64,000 bases of DNA, from contig NW_020845316.1 of NCBI RefSeq assembly GCF_003704095.1, forward strand, positions 248,001-312,000, given 5' to 3'. Below, piece after piece: positions 49,245 to 63,200 of this stretch (the stretch's first letter is position 1; the number at the start of each line of letters is the position of its first letter). This stretch comes from Pocillopora damicornis. Lineage: Eukaryota. The notes beneath the pieces were generated by a model. It was not told the origin of the DNA, did not search any database, and saw only the letters and a list, made by a program, of their open reading frames with translations. The translations under genes and the position numbers were made by a program.

Positions 49245-51742
49245 ATAGCTTTCTTTCCGATCACTGCTCTATTTTGTGCTGTCTCAATGTTTCGAAAGTA
49301 CTGGCTACTGTTAAATAAACCAGTTTCAGGAAGCTCAAGTCCCTGGATTTAGTTGCTTTTAAAAACGATATTGCTAGTAGTGATTTGTACAACATCGCTT
49401 CAACTGATTGTAATGAAGTTGCGGAGCTGTATAACAACTGTATGCGCTCCATTTTGGATTGTCATGCACCGATGACATCAAAAAGAGTGTTCGCTCGTCC
49501 CAGCGCTCCTTGGATGAGCAGTAATATCTTAGAAGCTAAGCGTCAACGTCGAAAAGCAGAGAGATAATGGAGATCTTCCAAATGTCAGTCTGATCTAGCT
49601 GTTTTTAAGAGAAAAAGGAACCATGTGACTTTTCTTATGAATGAGGCTAGGCGGGTCTATTATAGTACTCTCATAGCAGAAAATAGCCGCGATCAAAAAC
49701 ATCTGTTTAAAGTAAGCAAGAAAGTTTTGAACATCACAGGTACCCCAGTTTTGCCACCGCATGAAGAGAAACAGAAATTAGCTAATGAGATGGGTATGTT
49801 TTTCATTAAGAAAATCGCCGATATTCGTTTAGACCTCGATAATCATGATAACAACAAGCTTCCACAGACCGCGTTTCTAATGACATCGAAATTGATTCTC
49901 TACTCTTCAAGTTTATTTCTCTGTCTCAAGAAGAAGTGCACGACCTGGTTCGAGCATCCAGTAAGAAGTCTTGTGGCTTAGATCCAATTCCCACGAAGCT
50001 ATTGTTGGACTGTTTAGATGTTTTCCTTCCAATCATCACTAAGATGATCAATTACTCCTCAGAAAACGGTGACTTTCCCTCTGCATAGAAAAATGCTTTG
50101 GTTCTGCCTTTGCTCAAGAAAGGTGGTTTGGAACCTATATTTAAAAATTATAGACCTGTCAGTAATTTACAGTTTGTGTCCCAACTTGCTGAAAGTGCAG
50201 TTGCTAAACAACTCCATCATCACATGGTAGCGAATGATTTATTTCCAGTGTTACAGTCTTCGTACAGAAAGTTTCACAGTACTGAAACCGCACTCTTGAA
50301 AGTGAAAAATAAAATTCTATTAAATATAAATAAACAGCATGTCACACTGCTTGTTTTGTTAGACTTGAGTGCGGCGTTTGACACCACTGACCTGGCATTG
50401 TATTTTACCGGAGAGACTTAAATTTGGGTTTGGGATTCGTGGTACAGCACTGTCATGGTTTGCATCTTATCTAAGTAACAGATCCCCGCAAATACTTATT
50501 GATAGTTCCCTTTCTATGAACTTTGAACTGACTTGTGGTGTTCCTCAGGGCTCATACCTTTGCCTATTATTGTTTGTATTGTATGCGAGCAAGATTTTTC
50601 AAATCGTGGACAAACATCTGCCTGGCATTCACTGTTATGCAGATGACAGCCAACTTTATTTGTCCTTCTGCCCCAATGCTAGTGTTAACCAAGAGGTTGC
50701 TTTGGCTAGAATGGAAAGCTGTATTTATGATATTCGTAATTGGATGTTGATGATAAATTGAAACTGAACGACGACAAGATTGAGTTCCTGATCATTGGTA
50801 CATCCCAGCAACTCGCTAAAGTAACTATTTCCAGTCTCCGTGTTGGCAACTCAGCAATTACTCCCGTGTCATCTGCGATGAACTTGGACTGATGGTTCGA
50901 AAAACTCACAATGGCAACTCACATAACAAGAACATGCAACTCTGCCTCTCACTACTTATACAATCTGAGGAGGATAAGAAAGTACCTGTCTAAAGAGAAC
51001 ACAAAAACTCTGGTCCATGCCTTTATCTCAAGCAGAATTGACTATTGCAATAGTTTATTGTAGAGTGCTCCGGAACATCAAATCAACAAATTGCAACGTG
51101 TTCAACACGTGTGCTAGGTAAAAATGCAATGAAAGTAAATATTGTCACACTACTCCTTTATTGATGGAGTTACACTGGTTACCTATTTAGTTAAGAATTG
51201 AATTTAAGATCGTATTGATTGTTTTCAAGATTTTTAAGGGCTTAGCATCGTCTTATCTAAGTTCTTTAATTACACGCAAGCCTGAGTCAAGATATAATTT
51301 AAGGAATTCCAGTGACCTTACTCAGTTATCCTAGTTTTAAGTCTAAGGCAACAATTGGTGACCGGGCATTTATATTTGCGGCACCTAAGCTATGGAATGA
51401 TTTACCAAGGGATATAAGAGAATCTAGTTCTATTAATAGTTTTTAATCGAAACTTGAGACGTTTCTTTTTAAGAAAGTATTTTATAATTGATAAAGTTTT
51501 TATAGTTATTTAAGTATTGATAAAGTTTTAAATAGAACATTTCAAGTAATAATTAGTTATATGTTATATATCTCATTTATCATGAATCGCATTTAATTGT
51601 TATATCATTATTATTATTATTTTTATTTTATCTTTCGTTTATTGTAATTATTATGTTACGCCGCGTTTGAATATATATACATAGAATTTGCGCCCTAGAA
51701 GTCAATAAATTATTATTATTAGTAGTAGTAGTAGTAGTAGTA
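49245..51742 (+). mobile_element. 5'-truncated, decayed L2/CR1-clade non-LTR retrotransposon
   Basis: ORF2 remnants APWM, VLPLLKKGGLEPIFKNYRPVSNL, QSSYRKFHSTETALLKV, LLDLSAAFDT, GVPQGS, YADD (50636-50647), SRIDYCNSLL, ELHWLP. Many stops and frameshifts; 3' AATAAA plus (TTA)n(TAG)n tail. Confidence 0.92.
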
Positions 51743-52766
51743 CGTTCACGCAAGTGAGGGAGATTTAATAGGCTATTTGTAAATAAAGCAATTAAATGGA
51801 CTTTTTTTCGGCCTCTCGGATGTCACGTGTACAGTCACGTCACATTACTTTGTATTGTTTGAGTATGACTGTGCCTTATATCATTAAAAGGTAATTATCG
51901 ATATCAGAAGTTTTTCTTCCTTAACAACCTATGATACAGCCATACACAATAGTTACCTTGTTGAGCCTCGCTTTCATGTTGACTAGTAAATGGAACAAAA
52001 ATGGTAACTATTTCGTTGTTTCAGGCTAAACAAGCTAGAATTTAGCTAGAACTGTGTAAAGTAAGCAAATAGCAGAATATCAATTGATAATCTTTAAATG
52101 TGTGACAGTTGAGACGCTTAAATCTGCTATTTCAGTTGTTAAAGGCCATTTTTGGTATCTCCTTGTCACGTTTTCGGTCACGTGACCTAATTTTGCATAC
52201 TCTGATTGGGATTCGTATTATAAAGATGTAACGTGCACTAATAAACGTTACATTTAGGCAGTATTAGTGGTTAAATGACTGAGCCTCGTTTCCGCGAATT
52301 TAGGGGGTTTCGCATGAAAACACCCCCTTAACACAGAACCTATACCACAATTCAACTCTACAAACTAAATGATATTAATCAGCAGGTCTTATTCTATAAA
52401 AATCCGCTATCAAACCTTTTCTGACCCGATCATTGTACAAAACCCTCATTTTGAGGTCTTGGCTTCCGGACTATTTTGAAAGTGTCAAAACTCAGACTGT
52501 TCTGTGTCTTGGCTTGTGAATTGTGGTCATTGTGGGATAACTGGAAATTATTCTATATCAACTCAACAGCAGTTCGATCTGGAATTACCCTTGTTCCTTC
52601 GCTCTAATGGTAAACACAAGCGAGTAAATGTGTTTTAGAACAATTAAAAATTAATTTTTAACATTTCTGTTGACCGTAACAGAAACCAAGATATTAACCG
52701 TAAAATGGCCAATATTTTAATCAAAATTCCCGCACTCTTTAAGTAGTGATCTCGACATTGTGTTCA

Positions 52767-54128
52767 TTACTCAAGAGATGAGCTGTCCCCTTCTCTATCA
52801 GTTTGATCTTCACTGCTTGAACACGATTCACTGCTGAGCCATTCCCCTTTTTCTAGCCCTTGCATATCAGACAAGCGCCTAATGCGCTTCTCGGCAGAAT
52901 CAAGTTCCAGCTCAAACCTATGTGCGAGGATGAGCCCCATCGCTTCTTCAGCCTTCTCGACAGCCATAGCAATGTTTTGTTCAAAGTAGTGCTGATCAGA
53001 TCGCAAAAGAAGATACTTTATTCTTGTCCCTAATCCCATGTTACCATCAGCCGTTCTAGATTCAGTTAAATCAAGGTGCCTTTTTGCTTTCATAACGTCC
53101 TCTTTGCAGATGTCGGTGTCGTTGTTCGCTACCTCGAAGCAGGGCTTTAGGAGCAGATCTGCCATTTTGGTGTTGATGTATCCATTGTTGTTTACAGAGT
53201 ACTGACATGCCCGCTGATAAGACTTGTACGCTTCAGTTTTTCGGGTGTCCCGAGCACTGTTCGGTGCAGGTAAAGAGTCAAGCAGTGCGCCACGAGTGTA
53301 ACACAGTTCTCCTTTATCGTCGTGAGAATCCTGAAGTTCAAGAGCTTTTTGTGCCTTTTCCACGCATCGCATAGCATTTCCAAATTTTCTCTGACGCTTG
53401 TACACCGCCGTCAAAAGATTCAAGGCTCGTCCCGTCAGAATTCCCGGGTTTTTCATCTCCAGTTCCCGTTTAAGTACAGATTTTAGTATTGTTTTGGTAC
53501 CTTTAAGATTATTCTGGAAATAAAAGGCCTTTGCGCGCTCAATCTCTAAAATTGCTTTCATGTCAACATCTTCAGGCGACCTTCTTGCCAACTCTTCTTG
53601 TATTATTCGTTCATGTGCCTCAAACGTCCCGTTATCTTGTAGATCGTGTAGCTTTGTCATGAGTGAGATATAACGGGAATTATTCATACATCCGCGCTTT
53701 GGAATGACTGGCATTGGAGAATGGACAGAGCTGAGTTGAACCAATATTAAGTCGACTTGGATGCCTTGACTGTCTTCTTCTATGTCCAGGGGTTTTATGA
53801 CTGAGTCGTTTTCTTCATCAGAAGAAGTGAGACAACTCTTGTTACGACATTTACAAGTCTGCACATGACACAGTGTGTTGTTAGAACCATTCTGGATTAT
53901 GGGAAAACCTGAAGCCTTAATAGATAGAACACTCTGGGATCGTCTCATCTCTTGATCCTGATCTGTTGCTTTTGCTGCATGTTTCCTATGATGTGACTTA
54001 AATTTCCCATGGACAATTCCTCCAGTAACTGGTTCTCGAGTCTGAACTTCATCGGTGTAAGCTTCAGGAACATCCTCGACTAATTCTACAAGAAAAACTT
54101 CACAGGAAAGACTATCCTGAGTAGTCAT
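52767..54128 (-). CDS. TPR-like protein copy 3, 453 aa
   Basis: Intact paralog of 36030-37430 with a 13-codon in-frame deletion near the N-terminus. Confidence 0.85.
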   Translation of the reverse strand: MTTQDSLSCEVFLVELVEDVPEAYTDEVQTREPVTGGIVHGKFKSHHRKHAAKATDQDQEMRRSQSVLSIKASGFPIIQNGSNNTLCHVQTCKCRNKSCLTSSDEENDSVIKPLDIEEDSQGIQVDLILVQLSSVHSPMPVIPKRGCMNNSRYISLMTKLHDLQDNGTFEAHERIIQEELARRSPEDVDMKAILEIERAKAFYFQNNLKGTKTILKSVLKRELEMKNPGILTGRALNLLTAVYKRQRKFGNAMRCVEKAQKALELQDSHDDKGELCYTRGALLDSLPAPNSARDTRKTEAYKSYQRACQYSVNNNGYINTKMADLLLKPCFEVANNDTDICKEDVMKAKRHLDLTESRTADGNMGLGTRIKYLLLRSDQHYFEQNIAMAVEKAEEAMGLILAHRFELELDSAEKRIRRLSDMQGLEKGEWLSSESCSSSEDQTDREGDSSSLE

Positions 54129-57100
54129 TGTTTAGGCGATTGAAAGTAAGTGAACCAGTAACTGAAACGTTCCTAATGTGGGCATGACTTGATGATTACC
54201 GTTATTCAAAGTAATAGAACGTTTGAAGACAATTTAGGTGCACCTGAAAATAAAACAAAAAGACAAAAACAGGATTTAAACAATGGATGGATTATAATAC
54301 GAAACCTAATGAAAAACATTCAATATGCTTGGGAAATCAAGAAACCCGCTCGGCATACTTACATAAGTCGCACCTAATGGACAGAAAAAACTGAGCATGA
54401 TAGAACGCGTTAAAATTTCATCGAGGGTCCATGTTATACCAAAGTCAAGTAACCACAACTGCCACCACACCAAGGAAAGGAAAAATATCTCAGCTGGAAT
54501 CTATAGGCGTACACAGGCACCCTGCGTGTTTTCTCGACCAATCATAGGGCGAATTAGAGCAAAACTGGTCCAAGCCGAATTACTTTCGACCCTCAAATTT
54601 CAGACGGATTTAAGGTTCGAAGCAATTGCGTTTCTGGGCTTTTTCATCATGATCCTTAAACAAGGGAAAGATTGAACCTTTGGAACGTAGCTAGGTTTTG
54701 AAACTTCTCAAAGAACTTTTAAAAATTAAACATTTTTCTCATAGGTCAAAGTGTCCGGAAATAGAATCAATAGAAGTTTGGTTATATTCCTGTACTAAGT
54801 CTCGTATATAACAATACTAAAAACTCTCAGTGTGACTACCTGAAAAAGAAAAATGTAAGGAAAGTGCAAAGTCTCGGGAAATTTTATTAAATTTTTCATG
54901 GTCCCAGGAAAAGCTCTAGTACGGAAGCACATTTTAAAAAGCCAATCATTGACTTAGGGTAGCTTCGTTGTTTATTAGCGATATTTATGCAGGCTGGCCC
55001 AGTTCAGCTTCAAGCTGGTTTAAATAGGGGCCTGCTTAGGACATACTGAGTAAAACAAAGTGTACATAGAAATATAAAATACAAAAGGAGCCGACAACAC
55101 AAATTACAATTTACACATAAGATAGACAATAATAAAATGTACAATGTTACATTAAAAAGTACATTACATCAATAACTGAAATGGAGTTTGAGAAGTTACG
55201 TAGAGAAGTTGTGTTTCGTAGTTTGCTAGTCAGAGCATTCCAAGCCTTTGCACCTTTGTAACGAAGGGAACCTTGATATTTAGATGGTTTTAGCCAGGGG
55301 GCAATCGTAAAAGGTCTCTATATCTGGTATTGTTAACCTCCCTTCAGAGCGAGAGTTACGAGAGGAAACCTAGTTACTTTTTCTCAAAGTTTTCCCTCAA
55401 GATATTTACTAGTTCGGCTGACGATATAATACGCCTTCTGCTATGGGTATCAAGTTTAAGACTTGAGTCGTCACCATGACAACATTACTTCGAATGACAG
55501 GCAGAGGTATTCCAATTTTTGGCCTAGATACCTCAATATCTTTACTTTCCCATGGTGCTATGTCTTCATTCTTTGTCATATTATACAACACTTTGACAGT
55601 TTTACAATATTCTCTAATTTGTCATTTTTCTTAATGTATTCGATTAGCTCTGGCAGATTTTAACAAAATAGGCTATTTGATAGGAACTGTATGTGGTTAT
55701 GACTGAGCAAATTTTTCAAAAAATTTACCGAAGGAAACGCGATAAACCTTATTAGAAAGCCTTTCTTTTTTTCTTATTCCCAAAACATTACGCCATAAAA
55801 TAACATTTCATTAAGATCGATATTTTGAATCTGTTGTCGATTCTGTTGCCATTTTGCAATCTTTCTCTCGGTGTTTCCTTTTTGTTTACCTCTTTTTCAG
55901 GCGTAGAGGGCCAATGAATATCGTGGGTATGGTTACTAGAAACTCTAGAGATCATTCGATAAAAGTTGTATTTTGTTATACTCTTTTAATACACGTTTTT
56001 AGATAATAATCGCGCGGTCGCATCGAGCTGCCATGTTAGTTCACAGCCAGCCCAAGCTCCAGCTGTGAGATAGTCAGAGAGTTATGGCGAAATTATAAGA
56101 GCTTGTATGGGAATAATTACGACTGCTCTTAGGAATAAAAAAATACAGTCAGATTCTCAATTTGAAATGAAAAATAAATGTTGGTCATCGGGGATTGAAG
56201 AAAATATGTTCCATTATATTCTCTGCGTATTCCACCAATTATGACAAAATTTTCATGTTTATTGCTTCCTTGTTGTCAAGAGTCGGTCATAAATAATTCA
56301 TCCCTTAATTAAAACACGAAACGAAGCCATATAGATTGAAGCGGTCTTTTCACGTCATGATGGAGATCGTTCCTATAAAACTTCATGATGCTATGATATC
56401 CAGAAATAAAGAAAATTCGTTTTTGCCTTTATCTGTTGCCTTTAAAGGTATACATAACGGAAGTTGTGGAAACCGAAAATCCGTCATGGTAATATTCTTC
56501 TCGTTAAGTGAAAGCATCAGTGGAAACGTCTCAGAACAATTTAAGGAAGGAATAAGGAATACTATGGCAAAATTATCTAAAGATGAAGATGACAGTTTTG
56601 TTTTCATGTCAAAAGTGATGCTCATACTAGAGCTCAGTAGTATGAAGGTTACCGTCGAGTAGTTGAATAAAAGCTGTCAACTGGACCTTAAAACTCCGAC
56701 AATGTGGACCAAAGAACTATAACCTGATGAACATGTAAAACATATCCTACCGTGGTTTGACAGGTACATGTAATGCCCGTTTAACTGAGGCCAAAACTGT
56801 AAAACATCCTTCTAGGTGAAACTAAAAGACTTTCTGCTTCGTCAAAACAAAGCTTACGCACAGCCTCGTTCTCAGGGAACTCACTTTCAGGAAAATCAAG
56901 AGACCTGGGCCTAAGAGAGCTTGAAGTTCGTCGTCAAGCACACAAAGCTCGACTTCAATGCATATGATGTGTGGCGCTTATTAGTTGTGGATGGTCCTTA
57001 TCTATAATTTCCACTATCAAAAGACAAACGGCATTGAGGATTGGCGATGCCATGAACATTGCGGTGTATACTGAAATGGGAGCTATTCATCATAAACTCC

Positions 57101-57265
57101 CAAACAAATAAGCAACAAAACGATGCAATAAAGTGTCATCATATCCTTCTTAAGAACGACTGCATGAAAACGAGTCAACAAGTCTATATCGGCCGAAACA
57201 AAGATGGAAAGGAAGAAGTGTCACGTAAAATAGAATTCTTTATTTCTAGACTCGAATTGTTATAT

Positions 57266-60200
57266 TTACAAGCTAACAACAATTTTGCCAACAGTGTGCT
57301 GAGGTAGTTGCCGCAGGGTTTCACAGGCATCTTCCAGAGACACAGTATGGTGAATGACCGGTCTAAAGAAGAAAACATTAATATAGATTGTCTAGTATGT
57401 TAAGTTATAAACGTCTGAGTCTAATCGTCGTTCAAATCACGATCTTAGAAGAACTTCCACTATGAACAAAAGAGCTGCAGAACTTTGGTCTTTGCGCACT
57501 CTTCCCCAACCGACCCCTACTCAAATGTAACACGTCCTCTGTGGCACTGTTCACGTACCAGAAGTTTACATCGCGCTGAGCGCATTTCGACATCAAAAGA
57601 GAGAACCAGATCTCTGAGACCGATCTTGGAGTCATTACAGCCATGTTATCTAGTTCCCGCATTTCACACCATTAATCTACCGTTGTATGCTAAAAAAAAG
57701 TCAGGCTCAAACGTTCATCTTCCCCGTCTCCATTTATCTCCTCAATAATTCTTTTCCTCTTTTTCCCCTTCCCTTAAACTTAGATTCGTGTAAAGTTTGT
57801 TTGATCTCTTGAAACTATTGAGGGAAGAAGTCTTCTGTTCTTACCTTATCACTGAGTTAGACAGTTTATCCATTATGTCTTGGAGGATGTCTTCACACAA
57901 GTTAAGAGAAAACGGGCAAATTTCGGTCAAAACGAGCAATAACGTCTCTCTGATACGTTGGACCAAAAAAAAAACACAAAAAAACAGAAGAGACACGAAA
58001 AAAATAAGGCGGCGACGAGAAAAAGAAGGTTAAACCGCAACATCACTCTTTGTAGGGAGACATAGGTCATATTTTCTTCACTTCATGATATCAGTCGAAG
58101 GTCAGATGTTAAGGATTGGAAAAAGGACAGTGAGAAAGTCAACGATTCTCAGAAGGCCCCTTGAGGGTTTCATCCTCTTCAACTTCTTCGAATGGCTAGT
58201 ATCTAATTTCTCCTTACAATATCACCCCTAAATAAAACACAAAGCACACGAGAATAAAGGAAACGATCACTAACTAAAGAAGTTCTTGATCGTTAAACAA
58301 ATTCTCCATGTTAGCACCTGATGAAATGTAAAGAGAACAGTTGAGAGAATATGCATACTGATGTTAGGGTGCAAAGGATACGTAGGTATCTTCCTTGTTG
58401 ACCTAAGGAAAGGACAGACTCAAAACGTAAATCAATGGCACCAGGGAACCTTTTTTCAGCAATCACTTAACCATTTCCCGATAGTGATTGTCAACTGATG
58501 AAAACAGGTTTGACTGAAATAAGGTGAACATCCACGCAATTTACTGTCCTCCATAAATCCCTACCTTTTGATAAAGTCCATGAATGTTCAAAGAGAAAAC
58601 TGATTGCAGCTCCTTTGAGGTAAAGCATCTGAGAATCAGGAGGGTCCAACTGGATGTAAGAGAAGGGTTAGTAGTATTTCACAATTAGTGATCACATGGA
58701 AAATAAAAATTAGATTACACTTTATCTTGTCTATTGTAGTAAGTATGCTAAGAAAGTTTGAGAATTTTGAAACTCTTGAATAAAGTGCACCTTTTGATTG
58801 CATATCATAAAATCAAAACCAAAGTAATCACAGCAGCTGATCACAGAAAAGAAAAATGTGCAACAAATGTAAAATTGTCCTTAGAGGATTCTTACCTGAA
58901 GATCTTGATGAGAAGTGATCCATCTTCCAGCCACTCCAAGACAGGAGATCACATCATGTTTGGATGGCACTGAATTTTGGCCAGGTAGACCAATGCCTGT
59001 TCCCTGAATTATAACATCATCATCTTGACGAAGAACTGTTCAATAGGAGATTTGATTGGTTCATTTTAAAAATTAAACAGTTCATTTAATTTTGTTTCAG
59101 ATCTGCTATAATTTTTTTTAAAACTGATATGAATGTACCAGTAGGGAATGACAATCAGAAGGAAGACATCATTTTAATTCAAACTCATTAAGTTCTAACA
59201 GAATGGTATCATATAAAAATAACCTGAAGTGTGTGCAGTGATCTACAATTTTGCTGGACAGCCAGAACAACAAATAAATCACAGCATCCCATTGCATCAA
59301 GGGTTAATATGAAGAGTGGCCACTCACAACCAAAACTAAACTCCTGCAAAGGGTTAAGGCTGACCCTCTCAACAAGAGTTTGTGTGATTTTCTCTTACCT
59401 CCATTATCAATCACACAATCCACACCAAGTCCACCAGTTTCATCCATACAAATATCTACTAATGACTTCTTTGTTTTCCTCAAGTCTATTACATTTGCTA
59501 CAAGAAGACATAGAGATTGTGTTAACCCTCCACAAGAATAGAAAGCCTCCTTACTGTTCTCTACATTTTTGCTACATAAAAAAATGCATCTGTCAGTTAT
59601 GGTTCTTAAGATATATGTCTCAGGACATATGATTTAAAAAAACATGACAGCTGAACACTAATTCTCTTTTACTTTCAGGATGGTGACCTGAAAAAGAAGG
59701 GAAGGAATGAAATGGTTCGAAATATCTTGTTATCCATGTATGACACAGGATGAAGCAGGGATATTGTTAGCCACGTATCAGGACTGTTAATTCACTTGAC
59801 ATGCCCACAACCTTGGGGACTTTCGTTCCATCAGATATCACTTTCCCTTTTATTACAAATGGTTAGCCCAATAGTGGAGTAATGCCCTTACCAAGTGGTG
59901 GTTGAAGACTCTGCAGGTAAATAACTTCTTCTTCTGATGATGCTGTTGCAAGAACCTGTCATTAATGTTGAGGAGAATACAACTATTATCATATGAATGT
60001 ATGGCCCACCAACACTCTAGCTGGAAAAACAAGACAAAATCCCTCTTGTAAGGGCTGCACCCAATAGCTGTACAAAAGGCCATTTCACCCTGAAAGATGT
60101 GAGAGGCAAGAAGAAAGGAAAAAAAAAGAAAGAGCAGGAGATATATGATAAATTACTTATTGACTGAGTGGAAGGGCTGGACCAGAAAATGTTTTGAACA

Positions 60201-63200
60201 CTCTTGATTATAATGCGTGGACATCACTGTGCTCAGTTTATACTTATGACCTCAAACTAAAAGTTTCCTGTCCAGCCCTCCCACTCAGTCAACAAGTGAA
60301 TATTACTTTTTGTTAAAAAGTGACGTTGTCAGCTCTCAGATTGCAAAAGGATTAAAAAGAACTCTGAATTGTCTTATGTCAACCATACCTTGGCCCCCCA
60401 AATATGGGCAAGTTGGATAGCCATAACACCACTGGCCTGAAATAAAGAAATTCATATCATGACCATCATACTGTGAGCCTGGTAATCAAACTGTATTTTT
60501 GATTTCGATTAATGTTGGATTAAAATGTATTTTTGTCATGCAAATCACTTGAAAACCTTGACTGTTCCTTTGGCAAATAATTGTCATATAAAATCTTTCT
60601 TAAACTGTGCCTGAATGTCAAGAATAATGGTAATAAAACCAAAACAGTGACTTTAAAAACAACTCCTTTGTATAAAATACTCACTGAGGCCCCGTTGAAT
60701 ATCAGTATTGTCTCTCCTCCACATACTCTGGCTTGGTAGTATAGTGCAGTGTAAGCTCTAACAACATCACCAATGCAACCTGCTGCATCTATGTGATCCA
60801 CTTTCTCTGGTTTTCGGGCTGAACATAAATTTCATGTGGCGTATAGACATTTTTTATTAGTTACAATCATTTCATTAATTTAAGCCAGAGAGAATGAAAG
60901 ATGGGAAAAATCAAGAATTTATACATGCCACTAGTACAAATACATTTTTGAATAGATCAACACAAAAATTTTGTAAGTTAACATTATAGGATTCACTGCC
61001 TCGCACTGTAATTTTGTCAAAACATGGCACTGACTTAAAAACTGAGATTATTTAACCAAATTATGCTTGATATCTAAATACTGATTCTCCAAGCAGTATT
61101 CATACATATCTTTAAATTAGTTTTAGCTTTGAGGGTTTGTGTTAAATGAAATCATATCTCCTAATTAATGTCTTTACTTCTCCTTGGCTTCTTTCTGCTT
61201 GAAAATATATTGAAATTCAAGGAGAAATTCCATTTTGGTCACTCCAGGTGGTGAAATTGTTGATGTGAGACTAAGGAAACTATAAAAATTTGGATTTGAT
61301 TCTACCAGATCAACTGTGTACTGTCCAATCACAGTAAAGTTCAGGGTCCAGTTGTTAGAGGGCCAATTAGCACTAGCTCAAGGTTAAATTGTAATCTGGG
61401 TCTCCTTATTCCTTTATTCAAAAGCCATTTTGGAATAGTTTTCTGTGTTCTTTTTAGAGCATCAAATAGTCATATTCCAGACAAAAAGAAATTTGACTGA
61501 ATTTTTTTTAAAGCTTTCAGATCCGAAATCATATTTCACACTAAGCCTGGATTAACTTAACCCAGCTTTGGACAACCTGGCCTGGGACATTGGAGTAAAC
61601 CTTAATACTACAAACTGCTTAATGTTGATGTTTGTGGTTTACTTTTCTCACTTCTTATTGGCTTCTCCTCAAGAACATAGTAACATTCCGTAAATATTTA
61701 TGGTGTTCATGATTTTTTTTAACTTTTACCGTAACTAACCAAGTTTTGCATAGAGCTCTGAGTTTGTATATTGCAGTATGCAATTATTTCCCAAATACTC
61801 ACCAACATCATACTGTGATAAGATGCAAAAGTTTGCACATCCTGCTGAAGCTGAATCTAATGGAAGCAGGCCTGGTAATGTGGAGTACATAATAGTAGTT
61901 TATTTATAATCAAAACCAACCCACTACTGCAGCTACTATAATCATCACTCAGTTACAGCATTCAATGCAAGGATCTGTACGAAGGAATGTGGTAGATGGA
62001 AAATTCTGTAAATTAACAGGAGAATAGTCTTCATTTCTGAGGAATTTTGTGTAGTTGCAAGACAATTCTATCATTACTGATGCATTGTGAACACTATACT
62101 ATAAGAAATACAATGTTAACACCCATTCTTATGCTGTAAGTCATCATAATATCCATGCTTTGTTGTACATTAAGCCCATGTGTGGAATAAGAAACAAGAC
62201 AAATAAATTTTGGATACTGTACACTGTTTTTGCACAGTGACACCAATTTTTTTTCTAAGAGATCACTTCTTATCTGATTCCTTCCACCTTTCTGAATTTC
62301 TGAATACCTGAAATTTTAGCTATTTTTGGACTCCCCTTAATAAGTGACATGATTATTAGAACAAAGAAAAACTCACCAGCCACTTCATCTCCAATGCTGA
62401 CTCTTGTGACTGCTGATCCAACTGAAAGCAAATAAATGATTAAACATGGACTCAAATATAACATTTAACATATTAAATGTTCAGAATGTTTATCCAATGT
62501 TTGATGAAACAACTGTGTCTTTGAGTCACTACCATCTTATGAATGATGGATTAATTGAAGTACCTCATAAAAGGAAAAATTGAGTCCAATATAGAATAAA
62601 TTTACTTTGACATAACCTCTTTCACGTGTGGCCCTTCTCTTAAACTGAATTTTGATAATTTAAATATCGTGCTTATTTTAAGTTTGGCAATGTATACCAT
62701 TTGTAACAACTCCTGATATTTCTCTTCCAAATGGCTGTTCCTTCTTGCTTATCAAGTTAAATTCCTCTAAAATCTGCAACAGAAAAAAACACACTCATGT
62801 CATCAGCCTTAACAATCGGAATATGAAGCACTCTTGTACAGAAGAAATTTATTAGCTATTTAGCAAGTGTTATTCAGAGTTTTGCACCTTGTTATGGTGT
62901 GGAGACAAGCCGCAAGCTTTGACCTTTACTGCAACGCTATTTTCATCTAGTGTTGGGCACTCAAACTAAAAAATAAATAAAACATATTTTTCAAAACAAA
63001 CAGACTCCAAGTTGGTGTGAAAAAAAGTGGCCTACAAGATCCAGCAGACTATGTTACTGATGTTCTGACTCATTTCAATTTGACGTATCCTCTGATCTAT
63101 TGCCGAACGTAGCACCATGGAATTTTTTTTTAGAATACAAAGGGAAATGCTGTGATGATGGTGACGTAATCTATGCTTCTGTTCTGCAGTAGATCATGGG

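Larger units (their letters stand above)
35445..58760 (-). repeat. Tandem segmental triplication; each unit is a TPR-like gene plus the 3' end of CRYZL1 (units about 35445-40547, 41745-48150, 52475-58760)
   Basis: Colinear similarity across the ORFs, their upstream regions, and the CRYZL1 3'UTR, last exon and last intron. Confidence 0.9.

Noticed and set aside
55400-57700. Degenerate long ORF or transposase upstream of each TPR gene
   Set aside because: The region is explained by the CRYZL1 last intron, last exon and 3' flank; the listed ORFs are off-frame readings.
54129-57845. In-frame CRYZL1-TPR fusion by splicing exon 13 to the TPR 5'UTR acceptor
   Set aside because: The phase fits, but the frame hits TAA three codons after the acceptor in copies 2 and 3.
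58108-58115. Perfect U12 branch sequence TCCTTAAC inside the minor intron
   Set aside because: There is no AG at suitable spacing and no CRYZL1-like exon follows; the site at 57901-57910 gives the homologous exon.
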